NCBI GenBank assembly: GCA_963781585.1
Contig: CAWAGQ010000006.1
Location: forward strand, 96,001-160,000
DNA from: an uncultured Gemmatimonadaceae bacterium
GTDB lineage: Bacteria; Gemmatimonadota; Gemmatimonadetes; Gemmatimonadales; Gemmatimonadaceae
DNA length: 64,000 nt
Direction of reading: 5' to 3'
The position numbers and the translations under genes were made by a program. The notes beneath the pieces are model-generated. The model was not told where the DNA came from. It worked only from the letters and a program-made list of their open reading frames with translations, and made no database searches. Shown here in pieces: positions 37,882 through 46,081 of this stretch; the first letter of the stretch is position 1; the number at the start of each line of letters is the position of its first letter.

Positions 37882-39102
37882 CTAACGCGTGACATCGGCC
37901 GGCCCGAAATGGAACTCGCCCTGTACCCCGGCGTCCGGCGCCGGGGGCGTGTGCGGCGCCCCAACGCGCTCACCGACTCCAGCCGCCCGCCCGCCGGGCA
38001 CGATCGCCGTGGCCCGAAATGCCAGCGGCTCCTCCGCACCCTCCTTCTCCACACCGTAGCGGATGCCAGCCTCCCGGCACTGCCGGCGCAGAAAGCGCCG
38101 CAGCCCATCCCGATACCGGTCGCTCATCTGATGGCTCTCGGCGTACGCGGCCCGATACCGGGCGGCCAGATCGGGAAACTCCGCTTCGATGAACGGGAGA
38201 TAGCGATGCCGCGCCGTGGCCTGCAGCCGGAGCGCGCAGGCGCTGACGTGGGAGGCGCCCGCGCCGGCCACGCGCCTGACGAGCTCGCGCAACATCCCGG
38301 GCCGGTCGGTCAGGCCAGGCAGCACCGGCATGATGTTCACCCCCGTGTCGATGCCGGCGGCCGACAGGCGCGCCACGGCCCGGAGCCGCGCTTCCGGCGT
38401 CGGCGCCCGCGGTTCGATGCGGCGGGCCAGCGCGCGATCGAGCGTGATCAGCGACACGTGCACGGTGAGCGTCGACCGCGACATGAGCGCCGTCAGGATG
38501 TCGATGTCGCGCGTAATGAGCGGACTCTTGGTGACGATGCCGACCGAGAGACCACGCTCCGCCGCCAGAACCTCGAGGATCGCGCGAGTGACGCGAAAGG
38601 TCCGTTCCGCCGGTTGATAAGGATCGGTCGCCGTGCCGATCGCGATTCGCTCCCCGGTGGTCAATCGTGTGAGACGATCGGCGAACGCGCGCCGACTCCG
38701 CGAATGGCGCGCAGCATCCCGGGCGCGCAACTGCGCGCGCAACACCTCGGGTGCGTTCCGCTTGACGAAGATCCGCCGCTCGAATGCCAGCCAGGGCGGC
38801 AACTCGGTGAGTTCCTCGGCCACCGCCGCGGCCGGCGCAATCGCCACCGTGCGCTCGGCGGCATACCGGTGCGCATACCGCGCATAACAGTAGGCGCACC
38901 CGAACGCGCAGCCCACGTACGGGTTGATCGACCAGAATCCCATTCCGGTCGATTCCGGCGCATTGAGCACCCCCTTCGCCAATGTGTCGTAGTAGCGAAT
39001 GTCCTTGCGAGTGCCGATCAGACCGGGGACCGGACGATGCCGGCCGGCATCGTCAACCTGGCTTATGGGAAAGAGGGAAGGGTTCACCAAGTCGTAGCTC
39101 AT
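37882..39102 (-). CDS. Radical SAM DNA-repair protein (SplB/Rv2578c-like)
   Basis: INPYVGCAFGCAYCYA (CxxxCxxC), GTATDPYQPAE, TKSPLI.RD, IEPRAP, MPVLPGLTD. Confidence 0.92.
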   Translation of the reverse strand: MSYDLVNPSLFPISQVDDAGRHRPVPGLIGTRKDIRYYDTLAKGVLNAPESTGMGFWSINPYVGCAFGCAYCYARYAHRYAAERTVAIAPAAAVAEELTELPPWLAFERRIFVKRNAPEVLRAQLRARDAARHSRSRRAFADRLTRLTTGERIAIGTATDPYQPAERTFRVTRAILEVLAAERGLSVGIVTKSPLITRDIDILTALMSRSTLTVHVSLITLDRALARRIEPRAPTPEARLRAVARLSAAGIDTGVNIMPVLPGLTDRPGMLRELVRRVAGAGASHVSACALRLQATARHRYLPFIEAEFPDLAARYRAAYAESHQMSDRYRDGLRRFLRRQCREAGIRYGVEKEGAEEPLAFRATAIVPGGRAAGVGERVGAPHTPPAPDAGVQGEFHFGPADVTR

Positions 39103-39178
39103 AGTTCATTGCTCATAGGCGGAGACCGGAGGTCGGAGACTCGCATCCGCACTCAGCCAACCGGAGATTCCGACTCAC

Positions 39179-39206
39179 ATATACCGAACAAATACCGAAG
39201 ATGCAA
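39179..39206 (-). promoter_or_regulatory. Candidate sigma70 promoter with an overlapping direct-repeat operator (putative SOS box)
   Basis: Minus strand TTGCAT-17nt-TATATG; the spacer holds ATACCGAA-caa-ATACCGAA (11-bp period; CTTC-N7-GTTC on minus). Confidence 0.55.
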
Positions 39207-39307
39207 GACGGCGCTTTCCGCGGTACTCTGTCTGGTAATGCAGGAAGTAGTTGGGCCTCAAAGGCTTCCGTGAGGCGAACCCGGCGTCGAACTTCAACTT
39301 CCGAGCT

Positions 39308-40684
39308 ATGAGCTATGCTTCCGGCCCCACCGATGCCCGCACGCTGGCGCGCGCCATTCGACAACGCCGCGTGTCACCGGTCGAGATTGTCGACGCGGTG
39401 CTGGAACGCATCGCGGAGCTCAATCCGATCCTGAACGCGTATCTCTCGGTGTTCGAGGAGCCTGCACGGGAGGCCGCGAAACGCGCTGAACGCCGGACCG
39501 CCCGGAAAGGAGAGCTGGGTTCCCTCCACGGTGTTCCGGTCTCGCTCAAGGATCTGATTCTCACGACCGAAGCGCCGACCACCGCCGGGTCCCTGATCTT
39601 CGGCGATGGTCTGGTGGCCGAGCGCGACGCGCCGGTGGTGCGACGCCTGCGTCGCGCCGGGGCAATCATCGTCGGCAAGACGAATCTCCACGAGGTCGCG
39701 TTAGGCGTCACCAGCGACAACGAACACTTCGGCCCGGTGCGGAATCCCTGGGACCTCACGCGAGTGGCGGGCGGCTCGTCAGGCGGTTCGGCGGCGGCGG
39801 TGGCGGCCGGGCTCGGCCCGCTGTCGGTTGGCAGCGATACCCGCGGCTCGATCCGTATTCCGGCTGCCTGCTGCGGCGTGACCGGGCTCAAGCCCACCCG
39901 CGGCCGGGTGTCGACCGACGATGTGGTGCCACTCAGTCTCACCCTCGACCATGCGGGTCCGATCGCGCGAAGCGCCGAGGACTGCGCCCTGCTGCTGGAT
40001 GCGATGCTGGGCCGCCACGCCGGTGGCACAACCGCACGCGGGAGTGTGCGGGGAATGCGGATCGGCATCTCCGAATACCACCTGCGTGATCTGGATACCG
40101 CCGTACAGACGCTGGTGGAGGGGGCGCTCACCCGTCTGCGACGTCTCGGCGGCCGGCTGCAGGCGGTCGACGTCTCCGGCCTGGATCCCGTCCAGGAAGC
40201 ATCCGTCGTGATCACGGCATCCGAGGCGCTGGCGTACCACGATCCGATGTTGCGCGCGCGTCCGGAGGGGTACGGTCCGCTGGTGCGAAAGCGGCTCGAG
40301 GGGGGATCCCGCTGGAGTGCGGTCGACTATCTGCGCGCGATGACGGTGCGTGAAGCGGCCTGTTCCGTGTTCGCGCGCATCTTCGCGCGGGTCGATTTTC
40401 TGGTCGGTGCCACGATTCCGGCCCCGCCACCCCACATCGGTGAGCACGTCGCCCACATCAACGGGCGCGAGGCTCACCTGGTCGACAGCTTCACGCGACT
40501 CAACTCGCCGCAGAACATGGCGGGCGTGCCGGCGCTCGCGCTTCCCTGCGGCTTCTCGGCGGACGGACTTCCGGTGGGCTTTCAGCTCATCGCGGCGCGC
40601 GGGCGGGACGAGCGCCTGCTCCGGCTCGGGGCGGCGTACCAGCGCGAAACCGACTGGCACACGCGCCTGCCGCCGTCGGCCTGA
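39308..40684 (+). CDS. Amidase signature family protein
   Basis: LHGVPVSLKD, GKTNLHE, GGSSGGSAAAV, GSDTRGSIRIPAACCG. Confidence 0.92.
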   Translation: MSYASGPTDARTLARAIRQRRVSPVEIVDAVLERIAELNPILNAYLSVFEEPAREAAKRAERRTARKGELGSLHGVPVSLKDLILTTEAPTTAGSLIFGDGLVAERDAPVVRRLRRAGAIIVGKTNLHEVALGVTSDNEHFGPVRNPWDLTRVAGGSSGGSAAAVAAGLGPLSVGSDTRGSIRIPAACCGVTGLKPTRGRVSTDDVVPLSLTLDHAGPIARSAEDCALLLDAMLGRHAGGTTARGSVRGMRIGISEYHLRDLDTAVQTLVEGALTRLRRLGGRLQAVDVSGLDPVQEASVVITASEALAYHDPMLRARPEGYGPLVRKRLEGGSRWSAVDYLRAMTVREAACSVFARIFARVDFLVGATIPAPPPHIGEHVAHINGREAHLVDSFTRLNSPQNMAGVPALALPCGFSADGLPVGFQLIAARGRDERLLRLGAAYQRETDWHTRLPPSA

Positions 40685-40799
40685 CGGCGCAAGCGGACGG
40701 GTCTCTCCCGGCGTATCTTGGGACGACCGCGGTGCCGGGAGGGGCCGCGGCTCGACTGCCTAACGCTGTAGTTGCTGCCACGCCTTGCCGGAATCCGCG

Positions 40800-41090
40800 A
40801 TGGCTCATCCGCTGTCGGACATCGAAGTCCAGCGCGAGCTGGGGACCCTCTCCGGCTGGTCCCGCCGCGGCGCGGCCATCACCCGCACGTTCGAGTTCGC
40901 CGGCTTCCGGGACGCCATCGCGTTCGTGAACCGGATCGCCGATGCCGCCGAGCGGATGGATCATCATCCGGATATCGACATCCGCTACACCCGGGTCACG
41001 TGCCAGCTCAGCACGCATTCGGCGGGAGGCATCACCCGCCGCGATTTCATGCTGGCGGCGGCGATCGACCAGGCGATCGAGCCGTCCTGA
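40800..41090 (+). CDS. phhB: Pterin-4-alpha-carbinolamine dehydratase
   Basis: AERMDHHPDI, LSTHSAGGIT..DF.LA. Confidence 0.9.
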   Translation: MAHPLSDIEVQRELGTLSGWSRRGAAITRTFEFAGFRDAIAFVNRIADAAERMDHHPDIDIRYTRVTCQLSTHSAGGITRRDFMLAAAIDQAIEPS

Positions 41091-41140
41091 CCGGGCCGGA
41101 AGCGCGATCGCCTCGGCGGCGCGCTCCCGACCGACAAGCG

Positions 41141-41824
41141 TCAGGAGTTCCGGCGGCCTCCTCCCAGCAGACTCAGGATCGCGACGAACATGTTCAGCAG
41201 ATCCAGATAGATCGCGACCGCGGCCAGAACGTAGTCGTCGGGCCCGAATCGATTCCGCAGCCGCCAGGTGTCGAAGATCAGCAGCCCGCCGAACACCAGC
41301 ACCGCCGCCGCCGAGAGCCAGAGCGACGCCGTCGCGCTCCGCACGAAGATGTTGATGAACGACGTGATGACCAGCACCCAGAGCCCGATCGTGAAGAACC
41401 CGCCCCAGGCGCTGAAATCGCGGCGGCTGGTCCAGGCGTAGACGGTGAGCACGCCAAACGTGCTGGCGGTGATGAGCGCGGCCTGCCCCACGACCCCGGG
41501 CTGCGACTGCCCGTACACGTAGATCAACGGCGAGATCATCATCCCCGCGATGAACGTGAACAGGAACACCAGGCCGATGTTGGCCGGGAACGCGTCACGG
41601 AAACGCTGGGCGGCGAACAACGGCGCGAACATGCAGATGAACGTGATGATCGGGTGGGCCGCAACCGCCTGGAGGACGGCCGGCTGACTGAGCGCGAACC
41701 CGGTGCCGGCCATCGTGACCAGCACGCTCGCCAGGACGAGCAGGTAGGTGCGCCGCACCAGCGTCGCTCGCTCCTCGCCGGTGCGAATTCCCGTGGCATC
41801 AATGGGCCGATACGAGACACCCAT
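41141..41824 (-). CDS. Bax inhibitor-1/YccA family membrane protein
   Basis: About 7 TM helices; RRDFS, FDT, IYLDLLNMF. Confidence 0.9.
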   Translation of the reverse strand: MGVSYRPIDATGIRTGEERATLVRRTYLLVLASVLVTMAGTGFALSQPAVLQAVAAHPIITFICMFAPLFAAQRFRDAFPANIGLVFLFTFIAGMMISPLIYVYGQSQPGVVGQAALITASTFGVLTVYAWTSRRDFSAWGGFFTIGLWVLVITSFINIFVRSATASLWLSAAAVLVFGGLLIFDTWRLRNRFGPDDYVLAAVAIYLDLLNMFVAILSLLGGGRRNS

Positions 41825-41899
41825 GGTTACTCCTCGGATGGTGGACCTCTCGCCGCAATATAAGGGCGCGGTAGGCCCACCCGAATACACCGAAGCGAC

Positions 41900-41940
41900 T
41901 CGCGGGAGCCGCGGGCGCGGCACGCCCACGACTCCCGCGA
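41900..41940 (-). terminator. Stem-loop after the DUF4097 operon
   Basis: TCGCGGGAG...CTCCCGCGA inverted repeat with an inner GGGCG/CGCCC stem. Confidence 0.45.
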
Positions 41941-41957
41941 AGGCGTCGAGCGAACTG

Positions 41958-42779
41958 CTAGCGCTTCCGGATGTCGACGCTTCCGTTCACCGTGTGAAGC
42001 TGCAGCGTGCGTCCCCCTTTGCCGATGGTCGCGCGGATGTGCCGCGGATTGATCCGGCCATTGAGGGTCAGCGGGAAATCGGATCCGATCGACCCGTTCA
42101 CCGTGGTCAGGTCGACGTCGGCGTCCACGCCGTCAGGTACGTACAGGGTGATCGACCCGTTCACGGTGCTGAACCGCTGGTCCCGGTCTCCGAGCGTGCC
42201 CATGCGCACCTCGACGTCGCCATTCACCGTCCCCGCGGTGACCGGGCCGCCTGACGACGTGGCCGTCACCCGGCCGTTCACGGTGTGCGCGTCGACGTCC
42301 GAAGTCGCGCCGTCGATATCCAGCGCGCCATTGACCGAGCTCACGACGAGCTTCACCCCTTCCGGCAGGTGGACGGTGAACTCGACCGACACGTCGTCGT
42401 CACGGTAGCGCCTGTTGTTTCCGTGCACGTCGTACCCGTCCTCGTCGCAGTTCGTGTTGTCGTACCAGATCGCGCAGACGATGACGTCGCCGGCGGAACC
42501 CACCTGGCGCTCTTCGATCCGCACGTCAGGCGAATTGCTGCGGCGCCGCGTGTCGGATGACCGGCGAGAGTCGTCGACCCACTTCACGCCTGTCACCTCG
42601 GCGCGGTTTCCCGATGCGCGGTCCACCTGGATCGGGCCATTGAGGTTGCGCACGTAGAGCCGCCGTCCCGCCGGGATGACGCCGGTCCAGTGGAACGTGG
42701 AGTCGGTGGAGCGTTCCTGAGCGCCGAGGACCGGCGCGGCAGCGAGGAGCGCGGCGACGAGGAGGGAAGAAGATCTCAC
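41958..42779 (-). CDS. DUF4097 family (adhesin-like beta-repeat) exported protein
   Basis: Repeated TVNG.I motifs; signal peptide. Confidence 0.85.
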   Translation of the reverse strand: MRSSSLLVAALLAAAPVLGAQERSTDSTFHWTGVIPAGRRLYVRNLNGPIQVDRASGNRAEVTGVKWVDDSRRSSDTRRRSNSPDVRIEERQVGSAGDVIVCAIWYDNTNCDEDGYDVHGNNRRYRDDDVSVEFTVHLPEGVKLVVSSVNGALDIDGATSDVDAHTVNGRVTATSSGGPVTAGTVNGDVEVRMGTLGDRDQRFSTVNGSITLYVPDGVDADVDLTTVNGSIGSDFPLTLNGRINPRHIRATIGKGGRTLQLHTVNGSVDIRKR

Positions 42780-42793
42780 GGGCAGTCTCCGGT

Positions 42794-43861
42794 TCAGCGC
42801 CGGCTGTCGCGGTGGAGCACGATGTCGCCGCTGAACGTCTCGGCGACGACGCGGGCATCACCCCCCGACCCGAGGGTGAACTCGAGGCGCTGTCCGCGTT
42901 GCCGGTTTCTGGATGGTTGCAGTGTGATGGGAAAGCCGCCGGAGTCCAGGTCGCCGTTGAAGGTGGCGACGCTGAACTGGGCGTTCACGTTCGCCGGGAT
43001 GTAGAGCGAAACGCTCCCGGAGTGTGAGTGAAAATCGTACTGGCCGCCGGACTCGATCGTCCCGTGGTACTCGACGTCCCCGCTGACGGTGGAGGCCGAC
43101 GCGCTCCTGGTGCGCACGTTCCGGAACACCAGATCGCCGCTGGTGGAGCCGAGCTGGATCGATTGCGCCTCCACGTCCTCGAGCTGGATCGTGCCGTTCA
43201 CCGATCCGGCCTCGATGTCGCCGGCCAGGCGCGAGGCGTGGATGTCGCCGGACAGGCTGCGGAGCCCCACCCGATCGATCGCATCGGTGACCTCGACATC
43301 GCCGTTGATGGTGTTGGCGTCTACCGGGCCGTGGATGTTGTTCGCCGTGAGATCACCGGAGGTACTGCGAAGGACGACCCGTACGCCCTGCGGCACCGAC
43401 AGCTCGTAGCGGGTATCGCCGGTACGGCCGCGAACGCTTTCGGTTTGGATGGTGACGCGCGACGACGTGAGGCGCCAGCCGAGGCGTCCGTGCTCGGTCC
43501 GGGCGTTCACGCGCACCTGGTCGCGATTCCATCCGGTGACGACGATGTCGCCGGACACGCTCGTCAGGTCGATCAGGCCGGTCCGTGAGAAGGCGAACGT
43601 GGTGTCGATCCGCTGACCGCCATCCTGGAGGTCGCGGTCGTGGAGTCGGTACGGCAGGTCGTGGTCGCCCACGCGATACGGCAGATCGCGGAGCGCCAGC
43701 GCGACCGAGCGAATCGCCTGTTCGACGCTCCGCTCCAGTTCGCGGCTGATCCGGTCCGCGAGGCGGTCCAGGTTGCGCTCGGTGCCGGACTGGGCCGGCA
43801 GTACGGGCGCGGTGAGGAGCGCGATCGCGGTCAGGGCGAGCAGAGCTCTGGTTCTGTTCAT
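42794..43861 (-). CDS. DUF4097 family exported protein
   Basis: Repeated S(V/T)SGD(I/V) motifs; signal peptide. Confidence 0.85.
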   Translation of the reverse strand: MNRTRALLALTAIALLTAPVLPAQSGTERNLDRLADRISRELERSVEQAIRSVALALRDLPYRVGDHDLPYRLHDRDLQDGGQRIDTTFAFSRTGLIDLTSVSGDIVVTGWNRDQVRVNARTEHGRLGWRLTSSRVTIQTESVRGRTGDTRYELSVPQGVRVVLRSTSGDLTANNIHGPVDANTINGDVEVTDAIDRVGLRSLSGDIHASRLAGDIEAGSVNGTIQLEDVEAQSIQLGSTSGDLVFRNVRTRSASASTVSGDVEYHGTIESGGQYDFHSHSGSVSLYIPANVNAQFSVATFNGDLDSGGFPITLQPSRNRQRGQRLEFTLGSGGDARVVAETFSGDIVLHRDSRR

Positions 43862-43874
43862 CGTCGGGAATTCG

Positions 43875-44657
43875 TTAGGCGCGCGGCGGCAGCAGGGCCA
43901 CCGTACGCAGGAGCCCGAGTTTCTTCTCGAGCACCTTGTTGAGTTGATCGGTCAGGTACGCGCTGGCCGGATCACCGGCCAGGGCGGTGCGGGCGTCGTT
44001 GATCGCCCGGTCGATCGTCGCCAGGCTGTTCTCGACCACCGCGACGGTGGCCGGATCGAGATCCTGGCGTCGCACGTCGAGGATGCCGCGGAGCTGGCCG
44101 ATGGCCTGATCATACGTGACCGTGGCCGGGACGGAAGTGCGCGTCGCGGAAACCATGGTGCCGCGCGCACCGGCGCCGGACGGAGCAATGGTCGGCGACA
44201 GGGACGCGCGACCGGATCCGGCGATGCCGACTGCGGTGTCACCGGTTGGCAGTCCACGTTCGGTCGACGCGACCGGAGACTCCGGGGCGAGTCCCGCGTG
44301 TCGCGTCGCCAGGAGATAGGTCAGCGTCGCGGTGGCGGCGATCAGGGCCGCAGCGGCTACGCCCAGCCCAACCGAACGTGACACGTGGAACCGCGCCCGC
44401 GTGCGCGCTTCGAGCACCATCACTGGTGCCGCGATCCGCTCGGCGATGCCTTCCCACAAATCGCGGGACGGCTCCAGTGCGGAAAGCGCGTCGGCGTCGT
44501 GCCGGATGCTCTGGAGATCGCGCACCAGCCCGGCGCACCGCCGGCACGCGCTCAGGTGTGCGTCCACTGATGCGCGTGCCGGCGCGTCCAGTTCGTCTTC
44601 GAGATAGCGGGCGAGCACGCTGTCGAGCTGCGCGCAGGTCATCGCATTGTCGGTCAT
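43875..44657 (-). CDS. Zinc-binding (zf-HC2) transmembrane anti-sigma factor
   Basis: HLSACRRC (HxxxCxxC); one TM helix; directly downstream of the ECF sigma. Confidence 0.88.
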   Translation of the reverse strand: MTDNAMTCAQLDSVLARYLEDELDAPARASVDAHLSACRRCAGLVRDLQSIRHDADALSALEPSRDLWEGIAERIAAPVMVLEARTRARFHVSRSVGLGVAAAALIAATATLTYLLATRHAGLAPESPVASTERGLPTGDTAVGIAGSGRASLSPTIAPSGAGARGTMVSATRTSVPATVTYDQAIGQLRGILDVRRQDLDPATVAVVENSLATIDRAINDARTALAGDPASAYLTDQLNKVLEKKLGLLRTVALLPPRA

Positions 44658-45223
44658 CGATCGAGTGCCTCCCTCAAGAGAAGCCGGGCACGATGCAGCT
44701 GCGCCTTGCTTCCACCGGCGGTGATGCCGAGCATCTCCGCGATTTCTTCATGCTTGTAGCCTTCCACGTCGTGCAGAACGAAGATCCGACGCGCCCCCGG
44801 TGGCAGCAGCCCGATCGCCGCCTCGAGATCCACTGCGTCGCCCGGTGAAGCCGCGGGAGTCGCCGCCGGAAACTCGTTCTCGTCGTCCGAATCACCGGTG
44901 CCGAATCGGCTCCGCTGCCGTCCCTCCGCCTTTCTCGCGTTGAGCACCACGTTGACCGCCAGGCGATGCAGCCAGGTTCCGAACGCGCTGTCGCCGCGAA
45001 ACTGCTCCAGCTTCTGCCACGCCCGCACGAAGACATCCTGCGTCAGCTCCTCGGCGAGCCCCCGGTCTCCACTCATTCTGACGCAGAGCGAAAAGACCCG
45101 AGTCACGTTGCCGCGATACAGCCGCTCGAACGCCCGCCGGTCGCCGGCCGCAGCCAGCGCGACGTCGGACGCGTTGCGGTCGTCCTGCTGAAGATCGTTG
45201 TCGATTCTGATCGGCACCGTCAT
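44654..45223 (-). CDS. ECF RNA polymerase sigma factor
   Basis: AEELTQDVF, FGTWLHRLAVN, LHDVEGYKHEEIA, SKAQLHRAR. Confidence 0.93.
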   Translation of the reverse strand: MTVPIRIDNDLQQDDRNASDVALAAAGDRRAFERLYRGNVTRVFSLCVRMSGDRGLAEELTQDVFVRAWQKLEQFRGDSAFGTWLHRLAVNVVLNARKAEGRQRSRFGTGDSDDENEFPAATPAASPGDAVDLEAAIGLLPPGARRIFVLHDVEGYKHEEIAEMLGITAGGSKAQLHRARLLLREALDR

Positions 45224-45298
45224 GCGTTGGTCGGCCTTCAACGCTCGTGGGGTCAGATGGTCTGGCCGGCCGAAAGGTTTGAAGAGCGCGGCTCGGTT

Positions 45299-45970
45299 CT
45301 ACGGCGCGCGCCGACGGAGCCGGCGCACCAGACGCGGGAGCTCCGCCGCCTCGTCGAGCGCGTAGCGGGCCCCGGCGTCCTCGAGCACCCTACGGGGGAA
45401 TGCGCCCCAGAGTGCCGCCACCGGAGTGACACCCGCGGCACGTCCCGCCGCCATGTCGTAGGGGGAATCGCCGACAAAGACCGCGTCGCTCGCGGAGGCA
45501 CCGAGTCGCTCCAGTGCCAGAAGGACCGGTTCGGGCTCGGGCTTGTGCCGCTCGGTGGCGTCGCACCCGATGACCAGCGCGATGTCTGCGTGCAGTCCGA
45601 CGTGGATGAGCGCGCGCTGCGCCATCGCGGTCATCTTGCTGGTCACCACCGCCAGCGTGCACTGTTCGCGGCCGAGGACGCGCACGGCGTCCACGATTCC
45701 CGGGTACGCGCTCGTCAGGCGGTCGTGGTGCGCGAGCTGGTATTCCCGATAGGTGGCGATGAGCGCCTCCATCTCTTCGGGTGTGGAGGCGTACGGGCCG
45801 AACTGGTCGACCAGTGGGCGGCCGATTCCGGCGGCGAATTCCGCGGTACTCGGCGCGGGGCCCGGTCGTGAGGCGAACGCGTGCCGCGCCGCGTTCAGAA
45901 TGAGCTGGATGGAATCGACAAGGGTGCCGTCGAGATCGAACAGGACAGCGAACGGGCGAGCGTGAGGCAT
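45299..45970 (-). CDS. HAD family phosphatase (PpaX/Gph-like)
   Basis: FDLDGTLVDS, VTSK, KPEPEP, VGDSPYD. Confidence 0.9.
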   Translation of the reverse strand: MPHARPFAVLFDLDGTLVDSIQLILNAARHAFASRPGPAPSTAEFAAGIGRPLVDQFGPYASTPEEMEALIATYREYQLAHHDRLTSAYPGIVDAVRVLGREQCTLAVVTSKMTAMAQRALIHVGLHADIALVIGCDATERHKPEPEPVLLALERLGASASDAVFVGDSPYDMAAGRAAGVTPVAALWGAFPRRVLEDAGARYALDEAAELPRLVRRLRRRAP

Positions 45971-46081
45971 GCGGCAACGTTAGCGCATGCCGCGGCCAAG
46001 GGCAGGTTCTGGCAGACACTGCGCGGCAGAGTCGACGCGATCCGACAGAGCTGGATGGGACGGCCGGCCAGGCTGCGCGCC

